NCBI GenBank assembly: GCA_963798845.1
Contig: CAWCUS010000001.1
Coordinates: 128,001 to 192,000 of the forward strand
Reading direction: 5' to 3'
DNA length: 64,000 bases
Source of the DNA: an uncultured Gemmatimonadales bacterium
Lineage (GTDB): Bacteria > Gemmatimonadota > Gemmatimonadetes > Longimicrobiales > RSA9
Made by a program: the position numbers and the translations under genes. Below, piece after piece: positions 59,426-64,000 of the stretch; position 1 is the first letter of the stretch, and each line of letters starts with the position of its first letter. The notes below the pieces were generated by a model. That model made no database searches. It worked only from the letters and a program-made list of their open reading frames with translations, and was not told the DNA's origin.

Positions 59426-61837
59426 ATGTACCGATTCGCGCACGAGCTGCGCCACGCCCGACGGCGGCTGGCTCGATCCCCCGTGTTCTCGCTCACGGCG
59501 CTCCTGGTCCTGACGCTCGGGATCGGCGCTGGCACCGCCGTCTTCGGCGTCGTGGACCACGTCCTCTTTCGCCCGCTGGAGCTACCCGGGTCGCAGCGGC
59601 TCATGCGGCTGTGCGAATCGCACCCGGCTGAAGGATGCTTCGGCGTGGCGCCTCCGGCAGCGGCGGACTGGTCGCGGGAGGCGACGAGCTTCGAAGCCAT
59701 CGGTCTTGCCCGGGGCGCGGCCTTCCGGATGCGGGAGGAGGGGCGCCTGCTGGGCGTGCGCGGCGGCCTCGCGACGCCCGGCCTCTTCCGGGCGCTCGGC
59801 GTCGCGCCGTTCCGTGGGCGGTTCCTGGAAGATCGAGACATGCCGCCGGCAGGACCCGCGGCTTCGGCCGTGATTTCCTACGACTACTGGCAGTCCGAGC
59901 TCGGGGCGGACCCGGCGGCGGTGGGACGCGTCCTGATGCTGGACGACCACGCGTACACAGTGGTCGGGGTCCTTCCGCGCGGCGCCTCGGTGCCCGGGCT
60001 CGAGTGGGCGCGCGTGTGGCTCCCGCTCCCGTTCGACCCCTCGGCCGCTGAGAACCGGGACTGGCGGGGGTTCCGCGGCTATGGAAGGCTGCGCCCCGGC
60101 GTGTCGCCCGAGAGGGCCGAGGCGGAGCTCGCGGCCATCCAGGCGGCCCGCGCGGAGGCGTACCCCGAAGCCGTGCGAGGATGGAGCGCGGGTGTGACGC
60201 CGTGGAAAGAGGTCCTGGTGGGCCGCACCCGGCCGCTGCTGGTCCTCCTGGCGGGCGCCGTGGCCGTGGTGCTCCTCATCGTGTGCGTCAACCTCGCCGC
60301 CCTCTTTCTTGCGCGTGCCACGAGCCGCGAGCCGGAGATGGCCGTGCGTCACGCCCTCGGCGCGGGTGGCGCCACTCTCGTAGCCCCGGTCCTTGCGGAG
60401 GTCGCCATCCTCAGCGCGGCCGGCGGCGCGGCCGGGCTCCTCGCGGCATTCGGCGCGACGCGGCTGTTCGTCGCGCTCGCCCCACCCGGCGTGCCCCGGC
60501 TGGAGGAAGTCGCCATGGACGCCAGGATCGCCGGGTTCGGCGTCGCCATCACGGCGGTCACAGCCCTGCTCTTCGGAGTCCTCCCCGCGCTCCGCCTCCG
60601 GGGCCGCGGTGCGGCGCTCTCCCTCCGGCAGGGCCACGGCGGCAGCACGGGCCGGCGCGCGGCGAGCCTGCGTCGCGCCCTGGTCGTGGCGGAGCTCGCG
60701 CTCGCGCTCATGCTCGTCCTGAGCACGGGGCTCCTGCTGCGCAGCTTCGGCACCCTCGCCCGCTGGGACCCGGGCTTCGAAACGAGCGGGCTGCTCACGT
60801 TCCAGGTCTATCCGAGCTCTGCCCGCTTCCCCGACGACACGATCCTGGCGGCCTTCTACCGTGAGGCGCGCGACCGCCTCGCCGCGCTCCCGGGCGTACG
60901 CTCCGTGGGCTCCGCTTCCGCCGGTCCGCTCTTCGGCGGCTCCGACGGCGCCACCCCGTTCCTGGTGCAGGGCCGGCCGGCCCCGCCGCTCCAGGACGCG
61001 CCGCGCCTGACCTGGTACGACGCCGGCCCCGGCTATTTCCCGACCCTGGGCGTGGAACCGGTCGAGGGACGGAACATCGAGGAGAGCGACCGGCTGGGGA
61101 GCACGCCCGTCGCGCTCATCAACGAGACGGCGGCCCGGCGATACTGGCCGGACGGCTCACCGGTCGGCGCCCATCTTTCCCTGCCCCAGTGGGGCACGGA
61201 CGTGGATGTGGTGGGCGTGGTCCCGGACACCCGCCCGTTCCTCCCGGACGAGGCGCCGCAGCCCGCGATCTACGTCTCCAATCGTCAGGCCGTCCGCGGC
61301 GCGAGCTTCTACATCCTGCGCACCGACGGCGACCCGGAAGCTCTGGCCACGGCCGTCCGGCGCACTCTGACGGAGCTCGACTCCGAGCTCGAGCCCGTGG
61401 ACATGCGCTCCATGGAGCAGCGCCTCGGCGCGCAGCTGGTCGGGCCCCGCTTCAACATGCTGCTCATGGGGATCTTCGCCCTGGTCGCCCTGGTCCTCGG
61501 GGCCGCCGGGTTGTACGGCGTGGTCGCCTACACCGTCGCCCTCAGGACGCGCGAGATGGGCATCCGGATGGCGCTCGGGGCCGTACGCCGCGACATCGTC
61601 CGCTACGTGATGGGCGACGCCTTCCGACTCCTCCTCGCCGGCCTCGTCCTGGGACTGGCCGGTGCGGCGCTCTTCGCCCGGCTGCTCACCGGACTGCTGC
61701 ACGGGGTCAGCCCGACCGATCCGCGCGCGCTGCTCGCGACCGTGGCCCTGCTCCTGGCCGCGGGCCTCCTGGCGGCGCTGAGCCCTGCGCTGCGCGCCAG
61801 CCGTACGGATCCGATGCGAGCGCTGAAGGTGGAGTGA
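59426..61837 (+). CDS. Duplicated MacB/FtsX-type ABC permease (ADOP-like orphan permease)
   Basis: Two MacB-periplasmic + FtsX repeats: LTLGIGA, CVNLA..R..EMAVRHALGA, LVVAELALA, GLYGVVAY..RTREMGIRMALGA, DPMRAL. Confidence 0.9.
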   Translation: MYRFAHELRHARRRLARSPVFSLTALLVLTLGIGAGTAVFGVVDHVLFRPLELPGSQRLMRLCESHPAEGCFGVAPPAAADWSREATSFEAIGLARGAAFRMREEGRLLGVRGGLATPGLFRALGVAPFRGRFLEDRDMPPAGPAASAVISYDYWQSELGADPAAVGRVLMLDDHAYTVVGVLPRGASVPGLEWARVWLPLPFDPSAAENRDWRGFRGYGRLRPGVSPERAEAELAAIQAARAEAYPEAVRGWSAGVTPWKEVLVGRTRPLLVLLAGAVAVVLLIVCVNLAALFLARATSREPEMAVRHALGAGGATLVAPVLAEVAILSAAGGAAGLLAAFGATRLFVALAPPGVPRLEEVAMDARIAGFGVAITAVTALLFGVLPALRLRGRGAALSLRQGHGGSTGRRAASLRRALVVAELALALMLVLSTGLLLRSFGTLARWDPGFETSGLLTFQVYPSSARFPDDTILAAFYREARDRLAALPGVRSVGSASAGPLFGGSDGATPFLVQGRPAPPLQDAPRLTWYDAGPGYFPTLGVEPVEGRNIEESDRLGSTPVALINETAARRYWPDGSPVGAHLSLPQWGTDVDVVGVVPDTRPFLPDEAPQPAIYVSNRQAVRGASFYILRTDGDPEALATAVRRTLTELDSELEPVDMRSMEQRLGAQLVGPRFNMLLMGIFALVALVLGAAGLYGVVAYTVALRTREMGIRMALGAVRRDIVRYVMGDAFRLLLAGLVLGLAGAALFARLLTGLLHGVSPTDPRALLATVALLLAAGLLAALSPALRASRTDPMRALKVE

Positions 61838-61924
61838 GCGGAGGACGATCGGCCCGGCCCTGGAAGGCCCGCGAACGGTCGGGCCGGGCGGCCCGCCCCG
61901 GGGGCCGCCCGGCCTCCGCGGGTT

Positions 61925-63133
61925 CTACTCGTAGCGGAGCGATTCGATCGGGTCCAGCGCCGCGGCGCGCCGGGCCGGCCACAGGCCGAAGAAGATCCCG
62001 ACGAACGCCGAGAAGCCGAACGCGAGCAGCACGGCCCTCGGCGCCACCGCCGTCTGCCACCCGGCCAGGCTCTGGAGCGCGTGCGCGCCACCCCACCCGG
62101 TAAGGATCCCCAGCACGCCACCCGCCATGCACAGCACCAGTGACTCTATGAGAAACTGGAGCAGGATGTGGCGACGACGCGCGCCGAGAGCCTTCCGCAC
62201 GCCGATCTCCCGCGTACGCTCCGTAACCGAGACCAGCATGATGTTCATGATTCCGATCCCGCCCACCAGCAGCGAGATGGCCGCGATCCCGGCCAGCAGG
62301 AAGGTGAAAGTCTGCGTCGTCTCCTGGAACGTGCTCATGAGTGACGCCATGTTCCGGACGCTGAAGTCCGCTTCCTCGCCCGGGGCGATCCGATGCTCCC
62401 GTCGCAGCACCCGGTCGATCTCCGTGATCGCCGCATCCATCTGCCTCGCGCTGACGGCCTGCACGTCGATGGAGCGCACGTACTCGGACCCGATCACGCG
62501 GAACTGGGCCGTCGAGAGCGGGATGTAGAGCCGCTCATCCGGGTTGTCCCACCCTTCCGACCCCTTCTCCCTGAGCACGCCGATGATCTGGAACGGGATA
62601 CCGCGCACCAGGACGTCCTGCCCCACCAGCTGCGCCGACGTCGTCCCCAGCCGCTCCCCCACCGCGGAGCCGATGACCGCGAGCCGCCGCCGCCCGCGCT
62701 CCTCCCCGGGCGTGAACAGCCGCCCCAGGTCCAGCGAGTAATTCTGGATCTGGAAGTAGGCCGGCCAGACGCCCACCACGCTCAGGTTGCCGTTGTTGCG
62801 GCCGTATTCGATCTGCTGGCGCCGCTCCAGCTCGGGCGACACCGCCTTGACGGCGGCCGCGTTCGCCACGATCGCCTCCGCGTCCTTGGCCGTCATCCGC
62901 GCGGAGCCCCGGTCCACTCCACCCCACATGTGCTGCCCGGGACGCACGGTCAGCACGTTCGTGCCGAGCCCCTCCAGCCGCGCCGCCACCTGCCGTTGTG
63001 CGCCTTCGCCCAGCGCCACCATCGTGATGACCGCCGCGATCCCGATGATGATCCCCAGCATGGTGAGGAACGAGCGCAGCTTGTTCACCCGGATCGACTC
63101 GAGGGCGACCTTCAGAATTTCCGCGATCAGCAT
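61925..63133 (-). CDS. MacB-like ABC transporter permease
   Basis: RSFLTMLGIIIG, GGIGIMNIMLVSVTERTREIG, LDPIESLRYE. Confidence 0.93.
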   Translation of the reverse strand: MLIAEILKVALESIRVNKLRSFLTMLGIIIGIAAVITMVALGEGAQRQVAARLEGLGTNVLTVRPGQHMWGGVDRGSARMTAKDAEAIVANAAAVKAVSPELERRQQIEYGRNNGNLSVVGVWPAYFQIQNYSLDLGRLFTPGEERGRRRLAVIGSAVGERLGTTSAQLVGQDVLVRGIPFQIIGVLREKGSEGWDNPDERLYIPLSTAQFRVIGSEYVRSIDVQAVSARQMDAAITEIDRVLRREHRIAPGEEADFSVRNMASLMSTFQETTQTFTFLLAGIAAISLLVGGIGIMNIMLVSVTERTREIGVRKALGARRRHILLQFLIESLVLCMAGGVLGILTGWGGAHALQSLAGWQTAVAPRAVLLAFGFSAFVGIFFGLWPARRAAALDPIESLRYE

Positions 63134-63142
63134 GGCGCCCCT

Positions 63143-64000
63143 CTATCGACGGCCGCCGCCGCCGCCGCCCGGAATCGGGCTGCTCCGCTCCCGGATCCGA
63201 TTCATCATGTCCTCCTGCTGCTGCCGCAGGCGAGCCACCGAGATCAGCACCACTGCGTCGCCTTCCTTCACGCCCGAGACCACCTCCGACTTGTCCCAGT
63301 CGTTCAGCCCGAGGAGCACCATCCTCGCTTCCGGACCCTTCGGCGTCTGCACGAACAGCACGCCGCGACGCGTCTCGCCACTTCCGCGGTCCGCGCCCGG
63401 GCCGCCGCCGGGCCCGCCGCGCATCCCCCCCATCGCCTGGAAGCACTGCCGGACCTGCACTCGCTCGGCTTCCGTCAGCGACGACCGGTCCGCCCTCGCC
63501 TTCGCCATCAGCGCTTCGCAGTCCGGTTTCCCGCCCTCGGCCGCCGGAGCGCTCACCTCCGCCTGGCCAGCCTGCGCGGCCATGCCCTGCCGCGCCTGCC
63601 CATCCGTCCCCGCGACCGCAGCGGCCTGGCGCGGCCTTTCGCCACCCGACGGCGCCGCGGCAGCGTCCTGCGACGGCCGCCGCGCCATCATTTCCCGCAG
63701 TTCGCTCTCGCTGATCCCCAGCACCTGCCCGGCCGCAGCCGCATCCTGCATGCTCACCACGGCCGAATTCGGGACCAGCAGCACGCTGTCGCGCTGGGCC
63801 ACTTCCACCTGGACCTCGGCGTTCATGTTGGGCTTCAGAAGCCCCTCGCGGTTGTCCAGCCGGACCAGCACCGGGAACATGGTCACGTTCTGGTCGACCA
63901 CCGCCTGCGGCTCGATCTTCAGCACCGCCCCCGTGAACGTACGGGTCGGATACGCCTCCACCTCCACACGCGCGACCTGCCCGGGCTGGACCTTCCCGAT
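63143..64000 (-). CDS. MacA-like efflux periplasmic adaptor subunit (5' end outside the window)
   Basis: F.G.V.KI.P, LKPNMNA, VPNSAV, GLND..SEVVSG, Gly-rich tail. Confidence 0.88.
   Translation of the reverse strand: MGKVQPGQVARVEVEAYPTRTFTGAVLKIEPQAVVDQNVTMFPVLVRLDNREGLLKPNMNAEVQVEVAQRDSVLLVPNSAVVSMQDAAAAGQVLGISESELREMMARRPSQDAAAAPSGGERPRQAAAVAGTDGQARQGMAAQAGQAEVSAPAAEGGKPDCEALMAKARADRSSLTEAERVQVRQCFQAMGGMRGGPGGGPGADRGSGETRRGVLFVQTPKGPEARMVLLGLNDWDKSEVVSGVKEGDAVVLISVARLRQQQEDMMNRIRERSSPIPGGGGGGRR

Overview
A very GC-rich, gene-dense bacterial chromosomal segment made almost entirely of core housekeeping genes. The rplM-rpsI-rpsB-tsf linkage, the short RpoD-type sigma factor and the ADOP-type permease suggest the Gemmatimonadota/FCB lineage (inference). 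The minus strand carries: accD-rodA-mrdA-mreD-mreC-mreB; dut, ald, M16 peptidase, pnp, rpsO; ribF-truB-rbfA-DUF503-infB-L7Ae-nusA-rimP; pgeF-coiled coil-murA; M61 peptidase-gatB-gatA-gatC-pcrA-histidine kinase-serS-lipoprotein; rseP-dxr-cdsA-uppS-frr-pyrH-tsf-rpsB-rpsI-rplM; a sigma factor, lepB and an aldehyde dehydrogenase; a larE/thpR/NtrC-type cluster; comM; and a MacAB-like pair. The plus strand carries a PTS-EIIA / PII-like / cation:proton antiporter / YtxG-YtxH-like / Zn-phospholipase C cluster, a receiver-manC-GlmU-like-MBL cluster, a PPC-domain lipoprotein and an orphan duplicated ABC permease. I saw no tRNA, rRNA, CRISPR array, integrase or transposase. Best candidates for something new: (1) an EIIA + non-canonical PII + antiporter module; (2) a free-standing 77-aa apparent paralog of the LarE C-terminal domain, coupled to a CxxC-type LarE with no other lar genes in the window; (3) a sigma-54 promoter with candidate enhancer and IHF sites in front of the orphan permease; (4) a 10-codon bridging ORF with a perfect SD; (5) candidate internal promoters, non-canonical start codons and ribosomal-protein leader RNAs. 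All calls come from motif recognition by eye; no searches were run.
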